Positions 1-9,484 of a stretch of 64,000 nucleotides of DNA are shown one piece after another. Position 1 is the stretch's first letter, and each line of letters opens with the position of its first letter. The stretch covers positions 34,193-98,192 of the forward strand of contig CAZCGQ010000002.1 in NCBI GenBank assembly GCA_964498425.1. Reading direction: 5' to 3'. The translations under genes and the position numbers were made by a program. The stretch comes from an uncultured Gammaproteobacteria bacterium. GTDB lineage: Bacteria; Patescibacteriota; Microgenomatia; UBA12405; JAHJSD01. The notes beneath the pieces were generated by a model. It was not told where the DNA came from. It saw only the letters and a list, made by a program, of their open reading frames with translations, and searched no databases.

Positions 1-1
1 T

Positions 2-397
2 GATCCCAAGGTTGAGGAAAAAATTGAATCTAATTACGTCGCAGTTAGATTTAAAGATAACCAGGAGTTTGGCTGGCTTTATCGACAGTCAGATTTGGTA
101 ATCGGAAGAAGCGGAGCGAATATTTGTACTTATCTGGCAGCTTTAAGGAAAAAAGCAATTCTAATTCCTATACCTTGGACTTCTCAAAATGAACAGGAGA
201 GAAACGCTGATTGGATGGAGAAGATTGGATTGGGCAAAAAAGTTGAACAGAATAAACTAAGTGCAAATAGTTTACACAAAGAGATCAAATCATTGCTAGA
301 ATCAAGTAAAGTCGTTGATCTGCCAGATTGGTGGTCAAAAGCCGACCCGAGAAAGGCGGGGAAAAAGGTCTGGCAGTTGGCTAAAGACTGTCTATGA
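2..397 (+). CDS. murG: MurG glycosyltransferase, C-terminal fragment; 5' end lies upstream of the window
   Basis: Frame is open from position 2 and translates ...FGWLYRQSDLVIGRSGANICTYLAALRKKAILIPIPW...NEQERNADWMEKIGLG. This matches the conserved MurG C-terminal domain (ADLVIsRAGA.T..E / ilvP). Confidence 0.75.
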   Translation, partial: DPKVEEKIESNYVAVRFKDNQEFGWLYRQSDLVIGRSGANICTYLAALRKKAILIPIPWTSQNEQERNADWMEKIGLGKKVEQNKLSANSLHKEIKSLLESSKVVDLPDWWSKADPRKAGKKVWQLAKDCL

Positions 398-807
398 AAT
401 TAAAGCAACTGCCCATAGCTATTTTAATTTCTGGAATTATTTTGCTTTTTGAATTTAAGGTTCTTCCCTATGCCATCAATGAAATAAGGAACTGGAATAA
501 GAGTAGTTATCAACCTATTCAGGAATCGGAAATTGTCAAGACTAAACTTATCTCTGCTTTGAAGGAAAATGGCATTCCAATTTTAAGTGGACCCAAAACT
601 AGACCGGAAATAAATGGTTTAGAGGTAATTATTAAAGAAAAGGGATATCAAATGAAAGTGATTTTTTCTACCCAACAACCGCCGCAAAACCAACTTGCCT
701 CTTTACAACTTATCTTAAAAGAGTCTAAAATTGAGGAGAGATTAGCGGGGGGAAATCCCCCCAAATTAATTGACTTAACCGGAGATAAACCATATGTCTC
801 GTTCTAA
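394..807 (+). CDS. Short FtsQ/DivIB-like cell-division protein
   Basis: N-terminal TM helix and a position between murG and ftsA. The C-terminal ...PKLIDLTGDKPYVSF resembles FtsQ tails. Start overlaps the murG stop (ATGA). Confidence 0.4.
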   Translation: MKLKQLPIAILISGIILLFEFKVLPYAINEIRNWNKSSYQPIQESEIVKTKLISALKENGIPILSGPKTRPEINGLEVIIKEKGYQMKVIFSTQQPPQNQLASLQLILKESKIEERLAGGNPPKLIDLTGDKPYVSF

Positions 808-2053
808 TTTGATTGTTGGCTTAGATATTGGCAGTAGTAAGATTGTAACTTTGGTTGGCCAACATTATCCAGAGGAAGAAAGATTAAATATTATTGGCGT
901 TGCTAATTTCCCAGCGGAGGGAATGCGCAAGGGCCAGATTGTTGATATTGATGAAGCGACCCAGTCAATGATCAAGAGCGTTGAGGCGGCGGAGAGAATG
1001 GCAAACTTCCCGATTTCTGAAGCCTTTGTGAGTATTTCTGCCCCCCATATCGATTCCTTGAATTCGCAGGGTGTAGTAGCAGTATCTGATCCTACAGGCG
1101 AAATCACTAAGGAGGATGTTGAGCGGGTGATTGAAGGGGCAAAAGCGGTATCTTTGCCGTCTTCTCAGGAAATCCTACACGTTATTCCCCGGCATTACTC
1201 GGTTGATGGACAATCGGGGGTAGTTGACCCGGTTGGTATGGCGGGTGTTCGGTTGGAAGTTGAATCTCACATTGTAACAGCTTCAACGGCAGCATTGAGA
1301 AATTTGAGCAAGTGTTTGGATGAATCTGGGATTAAGGTTTTAGATTATGTTTTTTCCGGCTTTGCCTCAGCGGAGTCGGTTCTGACACCAACTGAAAAGG
1401 AATTGGGAGTAATTTTGGTAGATATGGGTGCCAGCGTTACTTCTTTAACTATTTTTCACGAAGGAGCTCCGGCTTATTCTGGTGTGATTCCAATTGGGGC
1501 TAAAAATGTTACTAATGATCTGGCGATTGGTCTTCGGCTGTCGCTTGAGGAAGCAGAAAAGCTGAAATTAAAGTTAACTACTGACCTTGATGCTGAAGAT
1601 GAGGTTGGATTGAAAGAGTTAGGAGTAAGTCAATCTGACCAGAAGGTTTCTATTAAGACTGCTGTTGACGGTATTGTTGCTCCACGCTTGGAAGAAATTT
1701 TTAAGTTGATTAGGGAAGAAATAAAGGAAAGTGGTTTTGGCGGGGCTACTCCAGCAGGAGTAGTTTTAACCGGAGGCGGAGCCCAAACCGTTAGAATTAA
1801 ATATAATTGCCAACACACTCTTGGGCTTCCGGTTAGGATCGGTCAACCTGAAGATGTTGGCGGGATTGTTGATGAGTTGTTGACCCCTAATTTCGCTTCT
1901 TCTATCGGGCTGATACTTTATGGTGTCAAATCTAAACGTGCTCAAGGAACTTTGCCCCATCGGATGTTTGATTTAGGTAAATTCAAGGGCAAGTTACCAA
2001 TTAAGGGGGCAGTTCAACGGTTAGGAGACATCCTTAAACCGTTGCTGCCGTAA
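794..2053 (+). CDS. ftsA: Cell division protein FtsA
   Basis: N-terminal LIVGLDIGSSKIVTLVGQ actin-fold phosphate-1 motif, DMGASVTSLTIF, 419 aa, immediately upstream of ftsZ. Confidence 0.9.
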   Translation: MSRSNLIVGLDIGSSKIVTLVGQHYPEEERLNIIGVANFPAEGMRKGQIVDIDEATQSMIKSVEAAERMANFPISEAFVSISAPHIDSLNSQGVVAVSDPTGEITKEDVERVIEGAKAVSLPSSQEILHVIPRHYSVDGQSGVVDPVGMAGVRLEVESHIVTASTAALRNLSKCLDESGIKVLDYVFSGFASAESVLTPTEKELGVILVDMGASVTSLTIFHEGAPAYSGVIPIGAKNVTNDLAIGLRLSLEEAEKLKLKLTTDLDAEDEVGLKELGVSQSDQKVSIKTAVDGIVAPRLEEIFKLIREEIKESGFGGATPAGVVLTGGGAQTVRIKYNCQHTLGLPVRIGQPEDVGGIVDELLTPNFASSIGLILYGVKSKRAQGTLPHRMFDLGKFKGKLPIKGAVQRLGDILKPLLP

Positions 2054-2059
2054 ACTTCT

Positions 2060-3217
2060 ATGGCTTTAGTTGAACCACGACCAAGTCAAATTGCCAATAT
2101 TAAGGTTATTGGCGTTGGCGGCGGCGGAGGAAATGTTGTTAATCATATGATTAAGTCTAACCAAATCAAAGGGGTTGATTTTATTGCTGCTAATACCGAT
2201 GCTCAGGCTTTAATTTCTTCTAAAACAGATACTAAAATTCAGTTGGGTAAAAAATTAACCAAGGGGTTAGGAGCTGGAGGTAATCCTAAAATTGGACGAG
2301 AGGCTGCTCAGGAATCAGAAACCGAGATAGAGGATTTGATTAAGGGTTCGGATATGGTTTTTGTTGCTGGAGGGATGGGAGGCGGAACTGCCAGCGGAGC
2401 CGCTCCGGTTATCGGGAAAATTGCTAAGGAAAAATTAGGTATTTTAACCGTTGGTGTGATTACTAAACCGTTTATGTTTGAAGGGACGCGGCGAATGGTT
2501 ATTGCTGAAGAAGCGATTGAGCGAATGAAGGAGGCAGTTGACACCCTAATTGTTATTCCCAACCAGAAGCTTTTGGATATTGCTAATGAAAAAATGACTT
2601 TGGTTGAGGCTTTTAATTTGGCGGATTCAGTTTTAACTCAGGGTGTAAAAGGAATTTCGGAGTTGATTACTACGCCAGGATTGATTAATTTGGATTTTGC
2701 TGATATTAAGTCAATTATGAAGAATGCCGGTAGTGCCATGCTCGGAGTTGGTGAAGCAAGCGGAGAAGAAAGAGCTAAGCAGGCGGTTCATAAGGCTATT
2801 TCGTCGCCGCTTCTCGATGTCAGTATCGACGGAGCCAGGGGCATTCTCTTTAATATTACCGGCGCTAATGACTTAACGATGATTGAAGTGGAAATGGCTG
2901 CTCAAGAAATTAGTCAACAGGTCGGGGGAGACGCCAATATTATTTTTGGAGCGAATATTGTTCCTGATCATAAGGGAGTAAAAATTACAGTTATTGCCAC
3001 TGGGTTTGATCAGTCCCGGCAGGTTTTGTCACAGTTAGTTAGCGAGGATAAGAAGCCACCCCAAAGCCAACCTCAGCCTCAATCTGAATCTCAACCCAAA
3101 GAGACTAAGGAAGAAGAGAGTGAGGATTTGCCTTTTGCTGAAGAGGACTTGCCAGAGGGAGTTGAAATAAATGATGAATTTGATATTCCTTCTTTCTTGA
3201 GAAAACAAAAGAAATGA
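2060..3217 (+). CDS. ftsZ: Cell division GTPase FtsZ
   Basis: GGGGGN tubulin signature ([14 protein letters not shown]), T7 loop region, acidic C-terminal tail ending [10 protein letters not shown]. Confidence 0.95.
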   Translation: MALVEPRPSQIANIKVIGVGGGGGNVVNHMIKSNQIKGVDFIAANTDAQALISSKTDTKIQLGKKLTKGLGAGGNPKIGREAAQESETEIEDLIKGSDMVFVAGGMGGGTASGAAPVIGKIAKEKLGILTVGVITKPFMFEGTRRMVIAEEAIERMKEAVDTLIVIPNQKLLDIANEKMTLVEAFNLADSVLTQGVKGISELITTPGLINLDFADIKSIMKNAGSAMLGVGEASGEERAKQAVHKAISSPLLDVSIDGARGILFNITGANDLTMIEVEMAAQEISQQVGGDANIIFGANIVPDHKGVKITVIATGFDQSRQVLSQLVSEDKKPPQSQPQPQSESQPKETKEEESEDLPFAEEDLPEGVEINDEFDIPSFLRKQKK

Positions 3218-4212
3218 TTGCTGTACCTGGACTGATGCTGATTAATCTTCTAATGATTTGGGGACTTGACCGGAGTTTGTTTTGGAGGCAGTTATTGTTT
3301 TGGCTAGTTGGCTTCGCCATTTTTTTTGGTGTCAAAAAAATAGGCAGAAAGAATTTATTTAAGTGGAATAAGTATATTTATTGGGCAACTATTTTGTTTT
3401 TGGGCCTGCCCTTAATTTTTGGCCGGGTTGTTCGTGGGTCAATGCGCTGGATAACTATTGCCGGGTATAGCTTTCAACCGTCGGAATTAGCTAAACCAGT
3501 TATTCTTGGCTGGTTGAGTAATTATTTGTCTCAGGAAGGGATGGGTAATTTTTTAGAGTTTATTATTGACTTAAGCCTGATTTGTTTACCTTGTTTTTTA
3601 ATTTTAATGCAACCAGATCTAGGCAGTGCCGGAGTTATTTTTCTCAGCCTAATTATTTTACTTTTTATTAGAAAACCGAAGATTCACTGGTGGGGTCCAT
3701 TAATTTTGATTGGTTTAGTCTTTTTGGCTTTCAGCTGGAGTAGACTCCTTCAACCTTATCAAATTGACCGGATAACTGGATTCCTTCATCCCGGCCAAGA
3801 TCCGTTAGGTAAGGGATATAACCAGATTCAAGCTAAAATTGCAATTGGAGCAGGGGGTTGGTTAGGGAGAGGTTTTGGCTTGGGACGGCAAACACAGTTA
3901 GCTTTTTTGCCGGAAAAGCAAACTGATTTTATTATTGCCGCTATTGGTGAAGAGTTAGGGTTTATCGGAATTTTGTTTACACTTGGTTTTTACCTTTATT
4001 TTTTACTGTGGATGGTGAAGAAAATTCAGGAAGCGTCTAGTGGAAGTGAGTATAATTATCGTCTTGGTTTTTTTATTTTGTTTTTTTTGCAAACTAGTTT
4101 TAACATTGGTATGAACCTGCAGTTGTTTCCGGTTGTTGGTTTGCCCCTGCCGCTGTTGTCTTACGGAGGTTCATCCTTAATTTCAACTCTTTTTGGTTTG
4201 GGAATGTTTTGA
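3214..4212 (+). CDS. SEDS-family peptidoglycan polymerase (FtsW/RodA)
   Basis: Multi-TM protein carrying SEDS motifs: [49 protein letters not shown]. Confidence 0.8.
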   Translation: MIAVPGLMLINLLMIWGLDRSLFWRQLLFWLVGFAIFFGVKKIGRKNLFKWNKYIYWATILFLGLPLIFGRVVRGSMRWITIAGYSFQPSELAKPVILGWLSNYLSQEGMGNFLEFIIDLSLICLPCFLILMQPDLGSAGVIFLSLIILLFIRKPKIHWWGPLILIGLVFLAFSWSRLLQPYQIDRITGFLHPGQDPLGKGYNQIQAKIAIGAGGWLGRGFGLGRQTQLAFLPEKQTDFIIAAIGEELGFIGILFTLGFYLYFLLWMVKKIQEASSGSEYNYRLGFFILFFLQTSFNIGMNLQLFPVVGLPLPLLSYGGSSLISTLFGLGMF

Positions 4213-4228
4213 TAATTTTCAAGGCTAT

Positions 4229-4237
4229 TGATATAAT
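4229..4237 (+). promoter_or_regulatory. Extended -10 promoter element (TGaTATAAT) for rplU-rpmA
   Basis: TGATATAAT lies 11 nt upstream of the rplU ATG at 4248, implying a leaderless or very short-leader transcript. Confidence 0.35.
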
Positions 4238-4247
4238 TACCCCTGAC

Positions 4248-4565
4248 ATGGATTACGCAATCATTGATTTCAAAGGACACCAGTACCAAGTTAAACCTAA
4301 TCAGGAGTTGATTGTTGATAGGTTAGATGTTGATGCCGATAAGGAAATTACTATCGATCAAGTACTTTTGATTAAGGATGGTAAGAATGTAAGCATCGGC
4401 CAGCCGACTGTTGCAAATGCTAAGGTTACGGCTCAGGTTATTGAACATTTTAAAGGAGATAAGATTAGGGTTTCAAAGTTTAGAGCGAAGACTAGATATC
4501 GACGAGTTAAGGGGTTTCGTCCATATTTGACTAAAATTAAGGTTAAAGATATAAGCGTGAAATAA
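4248..4565 (+). CDS. rplU: 50S ribosomal protein L21
   Basis: [26 protein letters not shown] matches the L21 N-terminus. The ATG at 4248 is preferred over the TTG at 4209, which overlaps the SEDS gene. Confidence 0.85.
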   Translation: MDYAIIDFKGHQYQVKPNQELIVDRLDVDADKEITIDQVLLIKDGKNVSIGQPTVANAKVTAQVIEHFKGDKIRVSKFRAKTRYRRVKGFRPYLTKIKVKDISVK

Positions 4566-4816
4566 TGGCAAAGACAAAGGCAAAGGGAAAGGTAAACCAG
4601 AAAAGTCAACGGATGCGAAGGGGAAAACACCGCGGGGTTAAGTTGTACGCCGGCCAAACAGCAGAACCGGGAAATATTATTGTTCGACAGTTGGGCAGTA
4701 AGTTTCACCCCGGGCCGGGAACTAAGATGGGACGCGATTTTACTATCTACGCTAACAGGCGGGGAGTAGTCAAGTTTGAGAAGAGAAAAGATAACAAACT
4801 TGTTTGCGTTTATTAA
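4565..4816 (+). CDS. rpmA: 50S ribosomal protein L27
   Basis: [12 protein letters not shown]...[28 protein letters not shown] matches the L27 consensus. Confidence 0.9.
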   Translation: MAKTKAKGKVNQKSQRMRRGKHRGVKLYAGQTAEPGNIIVRQLGSKFHPGPGTKMGRDFTIYANRRGVVKFEKRKDNKLVCVY

Positions 4817-4825
4817 ATTTAATCA

Positions 4826-5299
4826 ATGGCTGAACTCGGCAACTACGATAAGCTAAATCCTCTTGAGCGGGCGAGATTGTTTAAAAGAATTAAAGAGGAT
4901 GAAGGCTTAAGCTACAAGGAACTTGCTAAGAAAATTGATAAGAGTGCTTCTTTTGTTGCTAATTCTGTTCGATTAATAGATCTTCCGATTGCAATTAAGG
5001 ATGGATTAATGGGTGGGGTAATTTCAGAAGGACACGCAAGAGCTTTGGCTTCTTTAAATAATCCAACCGATTGTATTTCAGTTTATAAAGAGGTTTTGAA
5101 AAGTCATGCTACGGTTAGAGAAACGGAAGAATTGGTTAGGGAAAAGAAGCAGGACCAAAAAAGTAAAGTAGATATTGATGAAAAACAAGCTAAAAAAATT
5201 AAGGATTTTTTAGAAAAACTTCTTGATGTTGAAATTAGTGAAATTGAGGCTAATCCTAAGGTGAGCCGACTAATCTTAAAGGTTTTTTTGAATAGTTAA
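4826..5299 (+). CDS. ParB/Spo0J-like HTH protein lacking the N-terminal ParB/Srx domain
   Basis: LSYKELAKKIDKSASFVANSVRLIDLP...ISEGHARAL matches the ParB HTH region. No GERRxRA-type N-terminal domain is present. Confidence 0.5.
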   Translation: MAELGNYDKLNPLERARLFKRIKEDEGLSYKELAKKIDKSASFVANSVRLIDLPIAIKDGLMGGVISEGHARALASLNNPTDCISVYKEVLKSHATVRETEELVREKKQDQKSKVDIDEKQAKKIKDFLEKLLDVEISEIEANPKVSRLILKVFLNS

Positions 5300-5862
5300 T
5301 AGTCGGCGTGTTCAATTAAGCCAACTCTATCCGTTGGCCAGTAACGGAAGAAGGCTCGGCCAACAATGTCTTCTTTAGGTGTCGTGCCAAATTCGCGACC
5401 ATCACGGGAATGTGAACGGTTATCGCCTAGAAGTAGATATTGGCCTTGGGGGACAATTAAGGGCTTTCCTTCACGAAGATAACTTCCTGAGGCGGTTTTA
5501 AAGTCTAATGGCAGATATTCTTCATAAAGCGGGTCACCGTTTATCCAAATCCGGTCGTTTAGAATTCTGATGGTTTCACCGGGAAGTCCAATAACTCGTT
5601 TAATGTATTCACATTCGTTTTCGGCACAAGGCTCGCTGGGAGGGGCTTTGAAAACAACAACTTCCCCTCGTTGCGGCTCACGTCGTTTATAGCTGACTTT
5701 TTCGGTTAAAACGAATTCTTTGTCGTGAAAGTTTGGCTCCATTGAGTGGCCGTGAACCTGGTTTGGCTGGGCGACAAAGAGGTAGAGCAAAACAAAGACG
5801 GATAAGGCCAAAACAAGGGCCTGAACTGAATCTAGAAAAAATCTGAAAACTTTCTTAAACAT
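5296..5862 (-). CDS. lepB: Signal peptidase I
   Basis: N-terminal TM helix, HGHSMEPNF (Ser box), GDNRSHSRDGREFG (box E). Confidence 0.85.
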   Translation of the reverse strand: MFKKVFRFFLDSVQALVLALSVFVLLYLFVAQPNQVHGHSMEPNFHDKEFVLTEKVSYKRREPQRGEVVVFKAPPSEPCAENECEYIKRVIGLPGETIRILNDRIWINGDPLYEEYLPLDFKTASGSYLREGKPLIVPQGQYLLLGDNRSHSRDGREFGTTPKEDIVGRAFFRYWPTDRVGLIEHADY

Positions 5863-5908
5863 ACTGGTACAGTTTATACCCTTTGATATAATATCTCAAG
5901 GGGTAATC

Positions 5909-5981
5909 GGGCCTGTAGCTCAGCGGTTGGAGCGCGCCGTTCACATCGGCGAGGCCAGTGGTTCGAATCCACTCAGGCCCA
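5909..5981 (+). tRNA. tRNA-Val (anticodon CAC)
   Basis: Cloverleaf GGGCCTG/CAGGCCC acceptor, GCTC/GAGC D-stem, anticodon loop TTCACAT, TTCGAAT T-loop. CCA is not encoded. Confidence 0.85.
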
Positions 5982-6794
5982 CAGATTGATGGTTGTGAAA
6001 TAACGCCCGCGGTAGTTGGAAAATCGGGGAGAGGAGAGAATTAGTTTCTTGGCTTCGTCAATGTTAAAACTCTTAGGGTTTAGTATATCTGTAAACTTTG
6101 ATAGTTTATCCCAAGAGTAAGCTTCTTTTGGTTTTCCACCGGATTGATTCCAATTATCGGTCTTTTGCTGAGAGAGATAAAAGTCGGTTGTTAAGTATAT
6201 TTTGCCGTTGTTTTTTTTCACTCGAAGCATTTCTTTTAACGCTTGTTTTGTTCTTGGCCAGTCGTCTAGGTGTTCTATGGCAGATATGGATATGACCAGG
6301 TCGAATTGATTGTCTTTGAACGGCATTTGGCACATATCGGCTTTAACGAAATTAACCTTTGTTTCCGGCACATCCGACCAGGGCTTATTTATTTTCTTTA
6401 TGTCTAAGGACGTAACGTCTGCTTTTAAACTAGCTAAATATTCTGGAAGTAAGCTTGGGCCAGTACCAATATCAAGAATTTTTAATCCCTTGAAATTAGT
6501 ATCTTTTAGTAGATTAAGCAATGCGCCATATTCCCAAGCCCGTATGCCATATGTTTCCGGCTCAAATATCCGTTGAAACCAACCAGAATGAAATTCACCC
6601 AGCTTTTTTATTTTCTGTCTAACCAGACGAATATCTTGACGGTCAGAAATCTTGTTTTGAAGAGGATCTTCTTGGCTATTGAAAGGAGTAACCCATTCCC
6701 AACCATAATTTAACAACCATTTTGTATCCCAATATCCATTTTTGCTGAATAGTTTGATCCAGTTGATTAGGGCTTGGTGCCAGTATTGCCGCAT
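5973..6794 (-). CDS. Class I SAM-dependent methyltransferase
   Basis: LKILDIGTGPSLLPEYL (motif I), DLVISISAIEHL. The stop codon overlaps the tRNA-Val 3' end by 9 nt. Confidence 0.7.
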   Translation of the reverse strand: MRQYWHQALINWIKLFSKNGYWDTKWLLNYGWEWVTPFNSQEDPLQNKISDRQDIRLVRQKIKKLGEFHSGWFQRIFEPETYGIRAWEYGALLNLLKDTNFKGLKILDIGTGPSLLPEYLASLKADVTSLDIKKINKPWSDVPETKVNFVKADMCQMPFKDNQFDLVISISAIEHLDDWPRTKQALKEMLRVKKNNGKIYLTTDFYLSQQKTDNWNQSGGKPKEAYSWDKLSKFTDILNPKSFNIDEAKKLILSSPRFSNYRGRYFTTINLWA

Positions 6795-6818
6795 GAAACA
6801 TTATAACTTATAAAGCTT

Positions 6819-9449
6819 TTATCGCGGTTGGCGAACTCTTGATGGATTTTTGAAGTATGTTTCTTGACCTAAGTTTATGCCAAAGTAAGCATCTGGTTGA
6901 GCAAGAAAATATTTATACTGATTGGTTTCTTCAGCGGCTAGACCATTTATTGCTTCTCCTAATTTTAAACTAGCCGGCTTCAACTTATTGATATCCTGAT
7001 TACGATCATTGGCTAATTGCAAATAATTTTTGCCTAAACTGGAATAACCAACTGCTTTTTTAAAATTATTTAAGGCATCTTGTTTGGAAATCGACAAGTG
7101 ATATTGATTAATTTTTTGCCAAGCAGAAACAAGCAAGCGACTAATTTCTAGTGAATGATTGAATTTAGCAATTTCGTTTTCTAATAGCTTTTTCCTATAT
7201 TCCGACAAGTTATCTAGAGCATTTTTGATTTCAGCGATTACATCTAACCAATTTTGACTGTCTACGTTATCAATGGCTGAAGAAATGTTGTTTTCAGCAG
7301 TATTGAGAACTTGAGCATTGTTGTCGTTTAGTTTTCTTAACTCAAACAAGGCTAGTTCGAGCAAGTTTTTTCCAGTTTGATCAACTAAGGGGTCTTCTTC
7401 TGGTTGATTGGGCTTGATTTCAAATAAGTATTCTTTTTCTTGACTTAAGCTTATTTCGCCTTGATAGGTTTGCCAGTAACTGCCTTGTGGGGTTAACTGT
7501 CCCAAATAGAGATGATAGGTTCCGTCGGCAATTCCGGTTAATTTTGCTAGATAGTCATTTGGATTTTGAGGATGATCAATATATACCATTTGTAGATCAT
7601 CTTCTTCTGGAGTGTAAGTTTGGCCAGTATTTAAGTCTTCAACCTCTAAAACAGCAGGAGAGGCTAAGTAAAAAATTAGCATATCGCTGGCTGAGGGTAA
7701 CTTATACCCAGGGGCAAGGGTTGGGATTACTGGGTTGCTAATTCCAATCTCTTTTAAAATTTCTTCTAAGGGCTGGTCATCGTGGACTAGTTCCTTGTGT
7801 TCTAATGGGAACTCTAATGGATTGTCATTTCCGAGATAACTGCTCGAACGAAGAACTGTTTGGTCTCCAACACCAAATAAGGTTTGAATCGGCTTACCGT
7901 CAGGCCACAAATTAAGCAATTTGTCGACGAGGTTTGTTTGATTTAAATTAAGCTGTTCTGGAGTAGAGTCCGGCATGTTTCCGGCAATGAAACTGGTCTG
8001 GTTGATAAATGTATTTGTTACCGGATCGGCATTGAGGTCAATCAAATAGTTATTAATAAAATTGTGGCCGTTATTTGACGATAGCATCTGACCATCTTTA
8101 AAAAGATAATCAAAGGAGGGTGTTAGGTCGTATAAAACTGGAGCAAAGTTTTGAATTACTGCAGCATCGATTTGAAAACCACGTCGATTGATGTGAACTA
8201 ATAACTCCATGCCAATCCATTCTAGATCTCGCTGTTCGCCAATTTTACCGCCGGCTAAGGCTTGATAGGCTTGAACAGCACCTTGATGAGGAGAACCTAC
8301 GGTTACTATCTTCCCAACCTTGTTTTGATTATCTTTAGCCCACTGTCTACTAACCATACCGCCTAAAGAATGTCCAATTAAATTAATTTTGTCCTTTGTT
8401 TTTAAGCCGTCAGTATTTTCAATGAAAAAAGCTAGATCATCGGCGGATTCTGATATTGGCTGACGCCAATCATACGGCCAAAGAAACAAATCTTCACCAG
8501 TTGTATAACCATTTTGCTCAAGTGCATGATATAACCGTTGATAGACTGGTTTAGCGAATGGGATTAGCTTCCACTCGCTTTGATCAACCTCCTGGTCTAA
8601 GACCATTGCCTTTGTATTCCAACTTGCCGACAACCCCGGCACAACCACCACCCCCTCACTCGTTAAATTCGGTTCTCCAACAGAGCGGACTAATACATCA
8701 TCAAAGCTCTTAATCATTTCTCTACCTTCTGACACACTTGGATAAGTACCACTCCAAGAAGCTAAACCAATGCCTCCAACCGATAAAGGGTTTACGCTTA
8801 TATCTTTAAATTTAACAACTTCATAAAAACTGGTACTATCCGGACATTTAATAAACAAATTAAATTTATTTTCGGATACCTCTACCCTTAATGAATACCA
8901 TTTGTTATTGTAAATCGAACAACCTATCCTTTCCGGCTGAATTTCCATCCAAGTATTTTTAAAATTAATATTTTCATCATCACCAATTATTTCTGCCCAG
9001 TCAAAAATATCAATTTCCTGTTTATCGATAACCTTTACTATTCTAATATTATTTTCCTCCCAATATAGAGGGGCATTCGCTCTTAAATCAATAAAATAGT
9101 AACTTTTTTGATCACTTGCCACTCGTATTAGTACATCTTGATCAACTCCATCTTTTCCATACATTTTGACTTCTATAATGTAGTCACTCAAATCGTAAAT
9201 CTGGCTATCAGAAGGAAAATAAGTTTCAAAAACTCTTTTTTCAGCAAAATTGACTTCAATTGACTTGTTACCCAAATCATTATCAACTAATTTCCAATTT
9301 TCTGAACCAATCCAGTATTCTCTAATTGAATCAAAATTATCTTGAAAATAAACAGAACTCGCATATACTGATTTTGAATTAAAAAGGAAGCCAATTATAA
9401 TTACAGAAAGAAAAAAGAAGATGTAATTAACAATTACCTTTAATGGCAT
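6819..9449 (-). CDS. Large secreted alpha/beta-hydrolase (LCAT/PGAP1-like lipase) with an N-terminal ConA/LamG-like domain
   Basis: Signal peptide, WPYDWRQ plus GHSLGG (LCAT-family YDWR and GxSxG nucleophile elbow), 876 aa, C-terminal helical/coiled region. Confidence 0.6.
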   Translation of the reverse strand: MPLKVIVNYIFFFLSVIIIGFLFNSKSVYASSVYFQDNFDSIREYWIGSENWKLVDNDLGNKSIEVNFAEKRVFETYFPSDSQIYDLSDYIIEVKMYGKDGVDQDVLIRVASDQKSYYFIDLRANAPLYWEENNIRIVKVIDKQEIDIFDWAEIIGDDENINFKNTWMEIQPERIGCSIYNNKWYSLRVEVSENKFNLFIKCPDSTSFYEVVKFKDISVNPLSVGGIGLASWSGTYPSVSEGREMIKSFDDVLVRSVGEPNLTSEGVVVVPGLSASWNTKAMVLDQEVDQSEWKLIPFAKPVYQRLYHALEQNGYTTGEDLFLWPYDWRQPISESADDLAFFIENTDGLKTKDKINLIGHSLGGMVSRQWAKDNQNKVGKIVTVGSPHQGAVQAYQALAGGKIGEQRDLEWIGMELLVHINRRGFQIDAAVIQNFAPVLYDLTPSFDYLFKDGQMLSSNNGHNFINNYLIDLNADPVTNTFINQTSFIAGNMPDSTPEQLNLNQTNLVDKLLNLWPDGKPIQTLFGVGDQTVLRSSSYLGNDNPLEFPLEHKELVHDDQPLEEILKEIGISNPVIPTLAPGYKLPSASDMLIFYLASPAVLEVEDLNTGQTYTPEEDDLQMVYIDHPQNPNDYLAKLTGIADGTYHLYLGQLTPQGSYWQTYQGEISLSQEKEYLFEIKPNQPEEDPLVDQTGKNLLELALFELRKLNDNNAQVLNTAENNISSAIDNVDSQNWLDVIAEIKNALDNLSEYRKKLLENEIAKFNHSLEISRLLVSAWQKINQYHLSISKQDALNNFKKAVGYSSLGKNYLQLANDRNQDINKLKPASLKLGEAINGLAAEETNQYKYFLAQPDAYFGINLGQETYFKNPSRVRQPR

Positions 9450-9484
9450 TACTATAATTATAAGCTAACTCATTAAACTATAAT

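Noticed and set aside
865-1960. Minus-strand ORFs of 62-80 aa inside ftsA
   Set aside because: They are antisense to a highly conserved gene and give no motifs.
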